DNA of 64,000 bases. It comes from an uncultured cyanobacterium. Lineage in GTDB: Bacteria > Cyanobacteriota > Cyanobacteriia > Cyanobacteriales > CAWUOF01. The notes beneath the pieces are model-generated. The model did not search any database. It was not told where the DNA came from and saw only the letters and a program-made list of their open reading frames with translations. Location: NCBI GenBank assembly GCA_963744145.1, contig CAVUSO010000001.1, positions 5,248,001 through 5,312,000 of the forward strand. Reading direction: 5' to 3'. Position 1 is the first letter of the stretch. The number at the start of each line of letters is the position of its first letter. The position numbers were made by a program, and so were the translations under genes. This document shows positions 29,138 to 40,546 of the stretch, piece after piece.

Positions 29138-31432
29138 CTATAACCGACTGCTAAATGCCAAACAGTATATGGTAATTGTAATTAATACGATCCCCATATA
29201 CAGGAACCTAGCGCTAATACTGAGCAATCTGATCGCATTTTTATGTCCTTTACCTCGCAAACTTTCCACGATTAACCCAATTAGAAGACAGAACAAACAG
29301 AGACTAAAGAAGATATAGAAACCATATTCGATCGCAAATATATAGCCCGTGCTAGCAAGTTGAGAGTTGATTCCAGTTAAAAGTAATGCACTAGACAAGA
29401 GTGCAGATATAGCGACAGTTAGACGCTCTTTTACCATGTTCTCTGAAAAAAAGAGCGTACTAAATAATACTAATACCAAGAGACCCAATGGCAGTAATGT
29501 CTTGACTAAGAAAATGATAAACTGTCTTTGCAGTGTAATATTAGCAATTAAACCAGGATAATCGAGCTGAAGTTGTGCATTAAACAGTCGTGGATTGCCC
29601 CTAGTTGACTTGCTGCTAAAGGTTTGTTGAGCATATTGGATATTTTTGAAATTCCAGATTTCTAGAGATTTATAGGGATTTTTAATCTCCTCCGGATCAG
29701 GTTTAAACAATTTTAGTCCAAAGATATCGACAACATACATCAGGCGCTCACTGGGGATACGGATGTTTTGAAAGTAGAGTTTCAATGTTTGCTGATCAAA
29801 CGGGTAATCATGGAAATCATAGTTATTTCTAAATTCACCAGTAATATGATAAAGGCGATAGTTCAGTCCGTTAATAATATCAGTACGGATCGGTTTTTTT
29901 GGGTCGAATAAAGGCAGATTAGCATCCAGACTATTAGCAATACCCGTCGGAAAATTAATCGCGATCGCATCCTCATTACCACTGTAGCGCATCCATAAAT
30001 AAAAATCAGCAATAAAGCTGGATTTACTCTGATCAACGCGATTCAATTTGTTAATATCAATTCCCGTATATACTACTTCTTGTCTCCAGAAATATTGCTG
30101 ATTTGTTTGATGTGAATCAGTTAACTTAATCATATTTCCATTATTAATTTCTCGCTCCAAATTTACCAATTCAAAATGTTTTACAGGACTAAGCTGAGTT
30201 GAAGCTGAGATAATTGAGCGTCCGATAAACTGACCAAATCTAATTGCTGGATTATTATCATGATTGGCATTGAAATAAATATCACCGCTCAATCCTTTAA
30301 CAGCGACATCCGGAGAGTTAATGGCTTCAAGCTGATTACGAATTTGTTGGCGATCGCGTTTGATACTGGTAGGAGTATTTTGAATATTGGCGTTTTGAAT
30401 TGCTCGCACTGCCACCATAGCCGCATTGTAAAAGCATACTGCTACATAAGATGGAGACTTTCCATAAGCGTTCTGATAAGCACTGATAAACGATTGAGCT
30501 TCCACACCTGCACTATCTGCAATAATCGGTATCGCAAATCGAAGTCCGTTGATAAAATAACCTGGCTGCTGTTTTTCCTCATCATATTGGTCAAACAGAG
30601 CTGGAAATGTTTCTCTCCCGATGGTATCATTGCCAAGTAGTGTAACATTGAGATTACGTCGATGAATAGCAACAATGAATTCTTTGGCAAATTTATCACT
30701 AATGGCTAGAAAAACAATACCTGGTTCAGGATCTTTTGCTAAATCATTCACAATTTCATCAACAGATAATTGTAAATCCTCTGTTTCCGAGAACAACTCC
30801 CAAATATGTTTGATTTTCCCAGTTTGTTTAAAGGTTGCTGAAAATGCCATGCGAAGTGATCGCCCTGCGGCATCATCTGATGTAATTATGCTCGCAGTAT
30901 TGAATTTCAGTATTTGTTGAGCATATAGTGCTAAAAGAGTTCCCTGTTGCGTGTTAGTAAAAGTTGTGCGGAAATAGTAGGGATTAGCTTGGGTAAGGGT
31001 ATCAGCACTAGCTGTTCCAGTAATAACAGGAATTTCAAGTTTTTTATAAAGGGGAGCGGCTGCTATTGAAGTAGTGCTAGTCAGGTGCCCCAGGGTTACC
31101 AAGGCTGGACTTGTATCAATCTCCTTGACAACTTCCTGTGCAATCGTTGGATAGTCGCGATCATCATATATCAGCAACTTTAGGGGATAGCCATTGACAC
31201 CTCCTTGACGATTGATAGTATTGAAATAAAGTTGTACACCTTGAACCATTTCTTTTGCTGCTTCGCTACGGTTGCTGCCCAATGGAGCTACTAAAGCAAT
31301 CGGAATCGCATGAGCTTTTTTTAAATTTTGGCGGATCAGACCAGTAACTAACCCAAGTATAAGTAATGTTACTAAGGTAATTCCGACGTATTTTGTATAT
31401 TTATTGGTTCTCAACCGACTGAATTGCTGCAT
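29138..31432 (-). CDS. LIVBP-like binding domain fused to pentameric ligand-gated ion channel (paralog A)
   Basis: N-terminal TM; IALVAPL/GGVNG/YYFRT type-1 PBP; FIADFYLW, DFHDYPFDQQ Pro-loop, LQR-M1(LLP)-M2-M3-M4. Confidence 0.85.
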   Translation of the reverse strand: MQQFSRLRTNKYTKYVGITLVTLLILGLVTGLIRQNLKKAHAIPIALVAPLGSNRSEAAKEMVQGVQLYFNTINRQGGVNGYPLKLLIYDDRDYPTIAQEVVKEIDTSPALVTLGHLTSTTSIAAAPLYKKLEIPVITGTASADTLTQANPYYFRTTFTNTQQGTLLALYAQQILKFNTASIITSDDAAGRSLRMAFSATFKQTGKIKHIWELFSETEDLQLSVDEIVNDLAKDPEPGIVFLAISDKFAKEFIVAIHRRNLNVTLLGNDTIGRETFPALFDQYDEEKQQPGYFINGLRFAIPIIADSAGVEAQSFISAYQNAYGKSPSYVAVCFYNAAMVAVRAIQNANIQNTPTSIKRDRQQIRNQLEAINSPDVAVKGLSGDIYFNANHDNNPAIRFGQFIGRSIISASTQLSPVKHFELVNLEREINNGNMIKLTDSHQTNQQYFWRQEVVYTGIDINKLNRVDQSKSSFIADFYLWMRYSGNEDAIAINFPTGIANSLDANLPLFDPKKPIRTDIINGLNYRLYHITGEFRNNYDFHDYPFDQQTLKLYFQNIRIPSERLMYVVDIFGLKLFKPDPEEIKNPYKSLEIWNFKNIQYAQQTFSSKSTRGNPRLFNAQLQLDYPGLIANITLQRQFIIFLVKTLLPLGLLVLVLFSTLFFSENMVKERLTVAISALLSSALLLTGINSQLASTGYIFAIEYGFYIFFSLCLFCLLIGLIVESLRGKGHKNAIRLLSISARFLYMGIVLITITIYCLAFSSRL

Positions 31433-31476
31433 AACTGCTAATATTGGATTTAATTAAAAGTACAAGATCAATGATT

Positions 31477-33804
31477 TCAACTAATACGGTCCTTAAACAT
31501 AACCCAATAAACGATTACCGTCATTACCATCACTAGAATGTAAATAATTCGCGCTGCTTGATCAAGCCTTCTTGCCTGGAGATTATGTCCTTTCACGTTC
31601 AGGTTATCAGTGATAATAGAAATTGTTATACTGAACAAACTTAAGCAAAAGAAAATGTAGAAAACGTATTCTAATACTATGATATAGCCAACTTCCGATA
31701 GTTGATTGTTCATCCCAACTAGCAGTACCGTACCGGTAATTAAAGCTGCTACAGCAACGGGTGGACGATCTTTGCTGATTTTATGCGGAAAGTAAAGTGT
31801 TGTCATTGGTACAAGCATCAGCAAGAATAAAGGCAGCAGATTTTTGACTAAAAACACTAAGGAGCGTCGTTGCAAGGTGACAGTAGCACTTAAACCAGAG
31901 TAATCTACCCGATTTTTACTGCCAAATAGACGCGGATCGCCCTCATTAGATGTGATCCGAAAGGCTTCCTGAGCATAATCGAGCTGCTTAAATTTCCAAA
32001 GTTGCAAATCTTGATAGGGATCTTGTGCTGCTTCCGGATTGTTTGAGGAAAGTCTCAACCCAAAAGTATCAATTACATAAATCAGACGATCTATTGGCGT
32101 GGTAGTATTTTGAAAGCGAATGGTGAGATGCTGCTGATCAAACGGGTAATCATGGAGGTCAAATGGAGTTTTGAACTCGCCATGAATTTGATACAACCGA
32201 TAGTTGAGTCCGTCGATCTTGCTCGTTTCTAAGGGTGTATCTGGATTAAACAGTGGTTGACTGAGCGATAGACTCGTGCCACTGGGAAACTTAATATTGG
32301 TTGGATCGGCACCGTTAGGATAGCGAAACCATAGATAAAAATCAACAGTGAAGCTTGATTTGCGCTGATCTACTTGGCTAATCTCATTGATATCAATGCC
32401 TGTATAAACCACATTCTGTCTCCAGAAATAGATATTCCCTATCTGCACTATCCTTCCAGCTTGCAATTCACGCGGTATATTCACCCGATCTGGATTAAAG
32501 ATGGTTTCAAACTGCTGGGGTGCTGAGACAAATGTACGTTTCTGGAATTGAGCTATCTTGACTGGCTGATCGCTATCACGAGTGGCATTAAAATACAGGA
32601 GACCAGTTTGACCACTGGGTGCGACCTTGCGGCTATGAATCTGTTTAAGGGCATCGTAAACCCGTTGGCGATCTTGATCTCGACTACTGGTAGTCGCTTG
32701 GAGATGGGCATTCCGAATTGCTTCAATCGCTAGAATAGTCGCCTCATAATACTTTGTGCCCACATAGGAAGGTATTTTGCCGTAGTTTTTTTGATAGGTA
32801 TCCGCAAATTTTTGAGCATCAATACCTGCACTATCAAACAACAAGGGAGCCGTAGCATAAATGTCATCAGTAAAAAATCCTGGTTGCTGTTTTTCCTCTG
32901 GATATTCGTGAAAACGGTTGGCAAAGTCTTCTCTAGAAAGTGCCTGTCCTACCATGATTGGCAGTTTTAAGCCCTTCCTTTTCATCGCAACCAATAACTT
33001 TTCTGCTTCTTTCTCACCACGCATTGATAGATAAACAATTCCAGGATTAGGATCGGCAGCTAGTTCGTTGACGATCACCTGAATTGACTGATCCTTTCGT
33101 TGAGAATTGTTATCAATCGTGAGTTTGCGTTTAATGGTGCCACCGCTCTTGGTAAACGGGATCTCAAATTCTTCGGCTAACTTTTCCCCATACTTTTCAT
33201 ACTGAATGATGGTGGCATTATTGAGGCGGAGAACCAGGTTAGCATAGACACCAAGGACAGTGTTCAGGGTTGATCGAGTGTAGGTGTTCCGGAAATAGTA
33301 TGGATTATTGAGGGTGACACTATCGGTGTTGGCTGTACCCGTAATTGCGCTGAGGTGAGCTGCTTGATAAATTTCTCCCGCAGATTCACAAGATGCGGCT
33401 GTACGATGTCCTAACAAAACTACTGATGGACTATTAACAATTTCTGATGCTCGTTGTTTGGCAACTTTTTCATCGGCTCGATCATCAAATGTCAACAGTT
33501 TGATCGGATGTCCATCGATCCCACCCTTGGTGTTAACAGTATCAAGGTACATTTGCACGCTATGTACCATTTCTTCGCCAGCGATCGCTTCGTCTCCGCT
33601 TAACGGCGCTGCCAACGCGATGGAAATAGGAAAGTTATTTATCTTACTAAAAATAGCAGATATCAGCCCGAATAAAACAATTACCATGAGACCCCCAACT
33701 AATGCGATCACTCCATACCGCACTCGACGGTTCATGCTTTTAAACCAGGAAACCGCTTTTGAGCAGAATTCAAAAATCTGCTGGATCATAAACATTCCTT
33801 TCAA
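31477..33804 (-). CDS. LIVBP-like binding domain fused to pentameric ligand-gated ion channel (paralog B)
   Basis: Same architecture: IALAAPLSG, GGIDG, YYFRN; FTVDFYLW, DLHDYPFDQQ, LQRR-M1(LLP), four C-terminal TMs. Confidence 0.85.
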   Translation of the reverse strand: MKGMFMIQQIFEFCSKAVSWFKSMNRRVRYGVIALVGGLMVIVLFGLISAIFSKINNFPISIALAAPLSGDEAIAGEEMVHSVQMYLDTVNTKGGIDGHPIKLLTFDDRADEKVAKQRASEIVNSPSVVLLGHRTAASCESAGEIYQAAHLSAITGTANTDSVTLNNPYYFRNTYTRSTLNTVLGVYANLVLRLNNATIIQYEKYGEKLAEEFEIPFTKSGGTIKRKLTIDNNSQRKDQSIQVIVNELAADPNPGIVYLSMRGEKEAEKLLVAMKRKGLKLPIMVGQALSREDFANRFHEYPEEKQQPGFFTDDIYATAPLLFDSAGIDAQKFADTYQKNYGKIPSYVGTKYYEATILAIEAIRNAHLQATTSSRDQDRQRVYDALKQIHSRKVAPSGQTGLLYFNATRDSDQPVKIAQFQKRTFVSAPQQFETIFNPDRVNIPRELQAGRIVQIGNIYFWRQNVVYTGIDINEISQVDQRKSSFTVDFYLWFRYPNGADPTNIKFPSGTSLSLSQPLFNPDTPLETSKIDGLNYRLYQIHGEFKTPFDLHDYPFDQQHLTIRFQNTTTPIDRLIYVIDTFGLRLSSNNPEAAQDPYQDLQLWKFKQLDYAQEAFRITSNEGDPRLFGSKNRVDYSGLSATVTLQRRSLVFLVKNLLPLFLLMLVPMTTLYFPHKISKDRPPVAVAALITGTVLLVGMNNQLSEVGYIIVLEYVFYIFFCLSLFSITISIITDNLNVKGHNLQARRLDQAARIIYILVMVMTVIVYWVMFKDRIS

Positions 33805-34112
33805 ACTATGGGGTCATCACTAGAGTAAAATCTTACTCCTTTCCTGCTAGAAGATCACATAACTATATCTATATATCACGGTAAGTAATTTTATGGTTGG
33901 AAGAGAGTAGGTTGAATAATTTCACACACAACCCGAATATTAAATGGTTAGATTTTTAATGGAATATTTGAGTGAACACCAACATCATCTACTGAAAAGA
34001 GCAGGCGAATGGGTTTTTGATAGATCGCGATCGCATTAACTAAACTTAATCAATATGGACAGTAGTTTAAGGTTTCACTGTCTATTTTTGTCAGCAGGTC
34101 TTTTTGTATATA

Positions 34113-34234
34113 AGACCTCTTGCAAAAGTCCTTATTCATCTATTTATTGACAGGCAAGATGCCTGTCCCACCAGAAAAAATCACTTTTGTGGGACAGGCA
34201 TCTTGCCTGTCCTATTTATTTTTGCAAGAGGTCT
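34113..34234. repeat. MITE/REPIN-like element with nested REP palindromes
   Basis: TIR AGACCTCTTGCAAAA / TTTTGCAAGAGGTCT enclosing the inverted pair GACAGGCAAGATGCCTGTCCCAC / GTGGGACAGGCATCTTGCCTGTC. Confidence 0.75.
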
Positions 34235-34324
34235 ATAGAACATCATCTCACTTCCATGCTACACTCCTCAATACCTACCTGACCTGAATCCTTACGTTTT
34301 GCTAATTCAGTCCAAGGTCAGATA

Positions 34325-34591
34325 TTACCCGATCGCACTCTCCCCAATCATATAGTTATTCACTCAAATCAAAATATTAATGGTGAGGGGATTTTGGTAG
34401 ATTGAAGCGATCGGGAACCTCAAGATCATGAGCAGCTTAAAAAAGCTTTAATATTGACTAATCCTCAACCAGAACTAGTCGAAGCTAATGGATGGGTAAT
34501 TAAAAGTAATGGTCAGGTCAAATTGGTGCCAGATTCATCGAAATTTACTAACCACAATTTTTGGTTTCAACCGCTCCAATGTCGTGGATAA
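34325..34591 (+). pseudogene. C-terminal remnant of a filamentous-haemagglutinin-like (TpsA-type) protein
   Basis: LVEANGWVIKSNGQVKLV...QPLQCRG* resembles the conserved cyanobacterial FHA-family C-terminus; no intact 5' part. Confidence 0.5.
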
Positions 34592-34614
34592 TTTGCAGAG
34601 CGATCGCATCTAAT

Positions 34615-35631
34615 TCAAATTTCATAGTAAATGGGAAAAGCTTTAGCATCTTTCGGCTTAACATAGACTGGTTGTTGAGGTTGCAACTGTAACTCATCAA
34701 ACCGTTCACGGGTCAGGTTAGCTGTGAGGATTTGACCATCATCTAAAATTAATTCAGCCTGAATTTCCCAACCTAAATGAATCAGACGATTAACTCTAGC
34801 AGCAACAGTAGAACCATTTGGTTGATTGGAAATTAAAATATCATGGGGACGTAAATAAACCTGTGGTTGAGCTGAATCAAACCCATTATCTTGAAAAATT
34901 GGCGCACTACTGGGGAGAACATTGACCGGTCCAATAAAACTCATCACAAATGCACTAGCAGGATGATCATAAATTTCTGCTGGTTTACCCATTTGTTCAA
35001 TTTTACCTTTATTGGTAATGACAATTTCATCAGCAACTTCCATGGCTTCTTCTTGGTCATGGGTAACAAATACTGTAGTCACATGAACTTCGTCATGTAG
35101 ATGTCTTAACCAAGCCCGTAAGTCTTTCCGCACCTTAGCATCTAAAGCTCCAAAAGGTTCGTCTAGTAGTAATACTCGGGGTTGTACAGCTAAAGCTCTA
35201 GCTAACGCAACTCGCTGTCTTTGACCACCCGATAGTTGAATTGGGTAGCGATCGCCCAATCCCTTTAATTGAATTAATTCTAACAATTCCTCTACTCTAG
35301 TTTTAATTTTTGCCTGGGGCGCTTTGCGAATTTCCAACCCAAAGGCAATATTTTGACGGACTGTCATGTGCTTAAACAACGCATAATGCTGAAACACAAA
35401 CCCAATATTCCGGTCTTGGACACTTTTATGGGTAGCATCTTCACCGACAATTGATATTTTGCCAGTATCTGGTTTTTCTAAACCAGCGATCAGTCTTAGC
35501 AAAGTAGACTTTCCCGAACCGGAAGGACCCAATAGCGCTACTAATGACCCAGCTTTAATTTCCACACTAACTTGGTCTAGCGCTTGAAAATTGCCAAACC
35601 TTTTCGATACATTCTCAACGATTATGCCCAC
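34615..35631 (-). CDS. cysA: Sulfate ABC transporter ATP-binding protein
   Basis: [44 protein letters not shown] domain. Confidence 0.93.
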   Translation of the reverse strand: MGIIVENVSKRFGNFQALDQVSVEIKAGSLVALLGPSGSGKSTLLRLIAGLEKPDTGKISIVGEDATHKSVQDRNIGFVFQHYALFKHMTVRQNIAFGLEIRKAPQAKIKTRVEELLELIQLKGLGDRYPIQLSGGQRQRVALARALAVQPRVLLLDEPFGALDAKVRKDLRAWLRHLHDEVHVTTVFVTHDQEEAMEVADEIVITNKGKIEQMGKPAEIYDHPASAFVMSFIGPVNVLPSSAPIFQDNGFDSAQPQVYLRPHDILISNQPNGSTVAARVNRLIHLGWEIQAELILDDGQILTANLTRERFDELQLQPQQPVYVKPKDAKAFPIYYEI

Positions 35632-35962
35632 GATGATAGACCTGTGAATCTTCAAATTTTGACTAGATTGAAACTTGCAAAACTGACCCTCTCCGTCAAG
35701 ACTTATTCATTCCGAGACTAGACCGGATTAGTCGGTAACTTCTAGATGACCTGATTTTTAGATCAAAATCTTCTATTTATCTATTGGTTTACAGTAGTAT
35801 AGAGCATAACTACTAAGGTTTGGCAATTTTTTCATTGAGAAAATTGTGTTAAGGACTATTTCAATTTGGTTGAATCAGACACTCTGGGCAAACAAGGCCA
35901 AAAACTCCGTGGTAATATTTCTCCCATAAACCTAACGGTGAGAGATTTTTAGGAGAAAACCT

Positions 35963-37183
35963 TTGGTACTACGGGTTGCTGTTGTTGGCTCAGGACCGGC
36001 TGGCGCTTCTGCTGCCGAGACATTGGCAAAAGCTGGAATCGAAACTTACCTATTTGAACGCAAATTAGATAATGCCAAGCCTTGTGGTGGGGCAATTCCT
36101 CTCTGCATGGTCAGCGAGTTTGATCTGCCGCCTCATATTATTGATCGGCGGGTGCGAAAAATGAAAATGATTTCCCCCTCCAATATCGAAGTAGATATCA
36201 AACTCGAAAACGAAGATGAATACATCGGGATGTGTAGAAGGGAAGTGCTAGATGGGTTCCTACGCGATCGTGCGGCTAGTTTAGGAGCTCATCTCATTAA
36301 CGGCACTGTCCATAAACTCGACATCCCCACCAACAATCTTGATCCCTACACCATTCATTATGCTGACCATAGTAATGGCCAAATGGCAGGGGTAATTAAA
36401 ACCCTCAAAGTTGATCTCGTCATTGGTGCTGATGGTGCTAATTCTCGCATCGCTAAAGAAATTGATGCGGGAGACTATAACTATGCGATCGCTTTCCAAG
36501 AACGCATTCGTTTACCAGAAGACAAAATGGCTTTCTACCAGGATTTGGCGGAAATGTATGTTGGTAACGATGTTTCCCCAGACTTTTATGCTTGGGTATT
36601 TCCCAAATATGACCATGTAGCCGTAGGTACGGGCACCATGAAGGTCAACAAAGCCAAAATCAAAGATTTGCAAGCAGGGATTCGGGCTAGAGCTGCTCGC
36701 AAGTTAGCTGGTGGCACAATTATTAAAGTTGAAGCTCATCCCATTCCCGAACATCCGCGTCCGCGTCGTGTTGTGGGTCGAGTAGCTTTAGTGGGAGATG
36801 CTGCGGGCTATGTAACTAAATCATCTGGTGAAGGCATTTATTTTGCTGCTAAATCTGGTCGGATCTGTGCTGAAACTATTTTGGAAGTATCAAACCAGGG
36901 TACAAAAATTCCTACTGAAGCAGAGATTCAGCTTTACGTGAAGCGTTGGGATAAAAAATACGGTCTGACCTACAAGGTGCTTGATCTTCTTCAGACAGTT
37001 TTTTATCGTTCCGATGCGACTAGAGAAGCTTTTGTGGAAATGTGTGCTGACTTGGATGTCCAGAGACTTACCTTTGATAGCTATTTATATAAAACAGTTG
37101 TACCTGCTAATCCTCTGGTCCAACTCAAGATTACCGCAAAAACCATTGGTAGTCTGCTTCGTGGTAATGCTTTAGCACCCTAA
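35963..37183 (+). CDS. chlP: Geranylgeranyl reductase
   Basis: VVGSGPAG, AKPCGGAIPLC, SGEGIYFAAKSGR. Confidence 0.97.
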   Translation: MVLRVAVVGSGPAGASAAETLAKAGIETYLFERKLDNAKPCGGAIPLCMVSEFDLPPHIIDRRVRKMKMISPSNIEVDIKLENEDEYIGMCRREVLDGFLRDRAASLGAHLINGTVHKLDIPTNNLDPYTIHYADHSNGQMAGVIKTLKVDLVIGADGANSRIAKEIDAGDYNYAIAFQERIRLPEDKMAFYQDLAEMYVGNDVSPDFYAWVFPKYDHVAVGTGTMKVNKAKIKDLQAGIRARAARKLAGGTIIKVEAHPIPEHPRPRRVVGRVALVGDAAGYVTKSSGEGIYFAAKSGRICAETILEVSNQGTKIPTEAEIQLYVKRWDKKYGLTYKVLDLLQTVFYRSDATREAFVEMCADLDVQRLTFDSYLYKTVVPANPLVQLKITAKTIGSLLRGNALAP

Positions 37184-37277
37184 TTTGTTAATAGCACCAA
37201 TCAGACCAAATAACTTGGCCTGGTTGGTGACTAAAAATGAGCAAATCGGCCAGAAAAATCGCTCAAATCTAGATTAT

Positions 37278-38045
37278 TTAATCAAGAACCGTTTCTTTTT
37301 CCGTCTCTGTGGTTTCTTCCGTTAACTCAGAAGATGGGTTGCTGCTTGGTAATTCTAAGCAATATCCTGCACCATAAACAGTTTTAATGTAACGGGGATG
37401 GCGAGGTTCAGGTTCTAGTTTGGTTCGCAAATGTCTGACATGAACCCGAATGGTTTCAATATCATCATCGGGATCATAACCCCAGACTTCCTTGAGAATT
37501 TCACTAGGTGAAACAGTTTGACCATGACGTTGTAATAAACAGTGAAGTAACTCAAATTCCAAGTGAGTTAGCTTCACAATTTGATTGAACCAAATCGCTT
37601 CAAATCTTTCTGGTACTAAGGTCAACGGTCCATAGCTGAGAATTTCTGTATGCTTGACTGACTGCGGAATCCGATCTGTGCGTCGTAGCAACGCTCGCAC
37701 TCTGGCCAACATTTCTTCAACTTCAAAGGGTTTAGTTAAATAATCATCGGCACCTGCGTTGAACCCTTCAACTTTATCCTGAGTTTGGCCTAAAGCAGTC
37801 AACATTAATACCGGAATATCCGCCGTTCGCTCATCTCGACGCAACCGTTGGCAAACGGTAAAACCATCGACACGAGGTAGCATCAGGTCTAGCATAATCA
37901 AATCTGGTTGGATTTGAACGGCCAGAGCTTGACCTTTGATCCCATCTTCGGCTTGGATAACTGCGTAGCCACCCATTTCCAGATTGACCGCGACTAATTC
38001 GGAAATTGCAGGGTCATCGTCGATGACGAGTATCCTTGGCATCAT
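37278..38045 (-). CDS. rpaA: OmpR-type response regulator RpaA
   Basis: [49 protein letters not shown]. Confidence 0.93.
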   Translation of the reverse strand: MMPRILVIDDDPAISELVAVNLEMGGYAVIQAEDGIKGQALAVQIQPDLIMLDLMLPRVDGFTVCQRLRRDERTADIPVLMLTALGQTQDKVEGFNAGADDYLTKPFEVEEMLARVRALLRRTDRIPQSVKHTEILSYGPLTLVPERFEAIWFNQIVKLTHLEFELLHCLLQRHGQTVSPSEILKEVWGYDPDDDIETIRVHVRHLRTKLEPEPRHPRYIKTVYGAGYCLELPSSNPSSELTEETTETEKETVLD

Positions 38046-38363
38046 TAAAAAGCTTATGCTAAGTGTGTTTTTGCTTGGTATGGATTGAGAAATTTTTTAG
38101 GAATACGAATAATCCTATAGAAATTATAAACTAATATTTTAAATAATTTCTTAATAACTGTTTTTTGAGACAACCATTTTTCCTACCTCACCTTTGGACA
38201 TCTCTCAATTATTGGTGATCTGGTGATTTCTCTGTCCTTGGATTTGCTTAATTTAGCTGGGGATCGGTAAAGATGATCGCTAATTCGTAGCACAGGATAC
38301 TTATGTGCTTTAAATTGATGATAATTCCATGATTTACTTTTTAATATTTATTCAATTAGTTAT

Positions 38364-39581
38364 TTAAATCAAATGGGCGTTTTTGAGTTCTTGCAGCGCG
38401 ATCGCGAGTTTTTCATATTGCGTCAAGTGATTATACACCTGTGCTGAAATCCGGATCAGACGTTTAGGGGCAGATGGCCAAAAAATGATCGGGACTTCAA
38501 TCTGAAACTTTTCCCACAGAGCATTTTGTAAATAGGGAATTAATTCTGTCTCTGGCTGAGTTCCATTGGTTAAAGGAATTGATGCCATTGCTCCAATCAT
38601 TTCATCTGGACAAGGAATATCTAACCCCAAACTATAACAGATCAGGCGACGGGCATTAATGGCCATGAGATGATTTTTCGCCATTAATTCTGACCAACCA
38701 CCAGGATATAGCGATCCCATGAAGTCGATCGCGATCGGTACAGATAAATAAGGTGAGGGATCAGTAGTCCCCATCCAATCGAATTCTAGGTGAAAGCGAG
38801 ACCGATCGCGGCGAGAGGAGTTAGCACCATGACTAATAGTAGTTGGTCGAATGGTTGTTTGCCGATCGCGTTGGACATACAAAAATGCTGCTCCTTTAGG
38901 GGCACATAACCATTTATGACAGTTACCTGTATAGTAAGTAGCACCGATTTTGGCCAGATTTAGGGGCAACATTCCTGGTGCATGGGCACCATCGACGAGG
39001 AGGTCAATTCCTTTGCTAGTTAATTCTTGAGCTAATTCGGCGATCGGAAAAATTAACCCCGTCTGACTGGTGACATGATCCAAGAGTGCTAATCTAGTTT
39101 TGGGAGTAACACATGGCATGATCGCTGCTCTAATTTGCTGGGGATGGGCGATCGGGAAAGGAATTTTCGCGACTACCACTTTTGCCCCACTGTGGGCAGC
39201 GATAAAATTTAGCACGTTAGCAGAGGCATTATATTCGTGATCGGTGGTGAGTAATTCATCACCAGGTTGGAATTGGAGCGATCGCAATACAGCATTAATT
39301 CCGGTAGTAGCATTAGGAACAAACACTAAATCCTGTGCATCTACACCAATAAATGTCGCTAGGTGAACTCGAGCAACATCAAGTAAAGGTTCGAGTTCCC
39401 TAATAAAAAAACTTACTGGTTCTTGTTCAATTTGTTGACGTATTTTTTGTTGCGCGGTCAATACTGGTAAAGGACAAGCTCCAAAAGAACCGTGATTGAG
39501 AAAAGTTACCTTTGGATCAAAAGACCAATATTTGCCATGATTTGTCCCAGAATCAACGATTACAGAAGCACTAGAAAGCAT
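38364..39581 (-). CDS. Class V PLP aminotransferase (isopenicillin N epimerase-like)
   Basis: FLNHGSFG, DGAHAPG, GNCHKWLCAPKG. Confidence 0.9.
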   Translation of the reverse strand: MLSSASVIVDSGTNHGKYWSFDPKVTFLNHGSFGACPLPVLTAQQKIRQQIEQEPVSFFIRELEPLLDVARVHLATFIGVDAQDLVFVPNATTGINAVLRSLQFQPGDELLTTDHEYNASANVLNFIAAHSGAKVVVAKIPFPIAHPQQIRAAIMPCVTPKTRLALLDHVTSQTGLIFPIAELAQELTSKGIDLLVDGAHAPGMLPLNLAKIGATYYTGNCHKWLCAPKGAAFLYVQRDRQTTIRPTTISHGANSSRRDRSRFHLEFDWMGTTDPSPYLSVPIAIDFMGSLYPGGWSELMAKNHLMAINARRLICYSLGLDIPCPDEMIGAMASIPLTNGTQPETELIPYLQNALWEKFQIEVPIIFWPSAPKRLIRISAQVYNHLTQYEKLAIALQELKNAHLI

Positions 39582-39662
39582 AGTGGATTTCCAGAATTAA
39601 AAAAAACAAACCTATGTACAAGCTGCACACAGGTAAAAAAAATCCTATATTGATTTAGTTAG

Positions 39663-40412
39663 TTACTTATTCTGTGGGTTATTAGGATCTACTGGCTGAC
39701 CATCACGAAATATGCCCGCAGTTTGCTTACCAGAAGCATCAGTCAGGACACCTTGACCATGAGGACGACCTTGACGTAACTCTCCTTTATAGTGAATTCC
39801 ACCAGGAAAGGTACAATCTCCTCGTCCATCAAGTGCAGCATTAAAAAACTCTGCTTGACAAGTAGTTCCATCTTTGCGGGTCAGGACACCTTGACCACGA
39901 GGATTACCAGCGAAAAACTCTCCTGTGTAGCGATCGCCATTAGCAAAGGTGAATGTTCCTAGTCCGTGGGGCTGAGTGCTAATTTTTTTAGTATCTACAA
40001 TTTCGACAACCTCAAAAGTACCTTCGTATGTGTCACCGTTTTTAAAAGTAGTTTTTCCTTTTTTGAAAAGACCATTCTCAAATGTTCCTTCATAACGAGC
40101 ATCATCTTTAAAGATAAATAGACCATTACCGTTAAATAGTCCATTGCTAAACTGACCTTCATAGCGATTACCATTAGCGTAAACATACACTCCCGTCCCA
40201 TCGGGTTTACCATTCCGAAAGCCTCCTACATAATAATCAGCATTTTTGTAGGTGCATTTTACGTTCCCCGTCGATACATTAGGTTCACAGTTTGGTTTAC
40301 CAGGATCAGTTCCATCAGCTAGGGACGGAAGAGTATGATTGGTGTAACTTCCTAGTTCAAATATTGATGTAACTAGGAAAATTAGTCCAAGTTTTTTAGT
40401 TAATTTCATCAT
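39663..40412 (-). CDS. MORN repeat protein
   Basis: Repeated YEGxFxNGxxxGxG units after a signal-like segment. Confidence 0.9.
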   Translation of the reverse strand: MMKLTKKLGLIFLVTSIFELGSYTNHTLPSLADGTDPGKPNCEPNVSTGNVKCTYKNADYYVGGFRNGKPDGTGVYVYANGNRYEGQFSNGLFNGNGLFIFKDDARYEGTFENGLFKKGKTTFKNGDTYEGTFEVVEIVDTKKISTQPHGLGTFTFANGDRYTGEFFAGNPRGQGVLTRKDGTTCQAEFFNAALDGRGDCTFPGGIHYKGELRQGRPHGQGVLTDASGKQTAGIFRDGQPVDPNNPQNK

Positions 40413-40546
40413 CACTAAAATTCTCCAAGGAAATATTTTCAAGCTTGGCTGAATCGCGAAAAATAGTTATTGAAATTGATTGTCACAAATTTTGAGCAGA
40501 CTAACAATTAGCATCCTGTAATTGAGCATTAATGACCGAATAACAA

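Noticed and set aside
35685..35750. Hairpin upstream of cysA as a riboswitch
   Set aside because: Short imperfect stem with no recognisable SAM-riboswitch consensus
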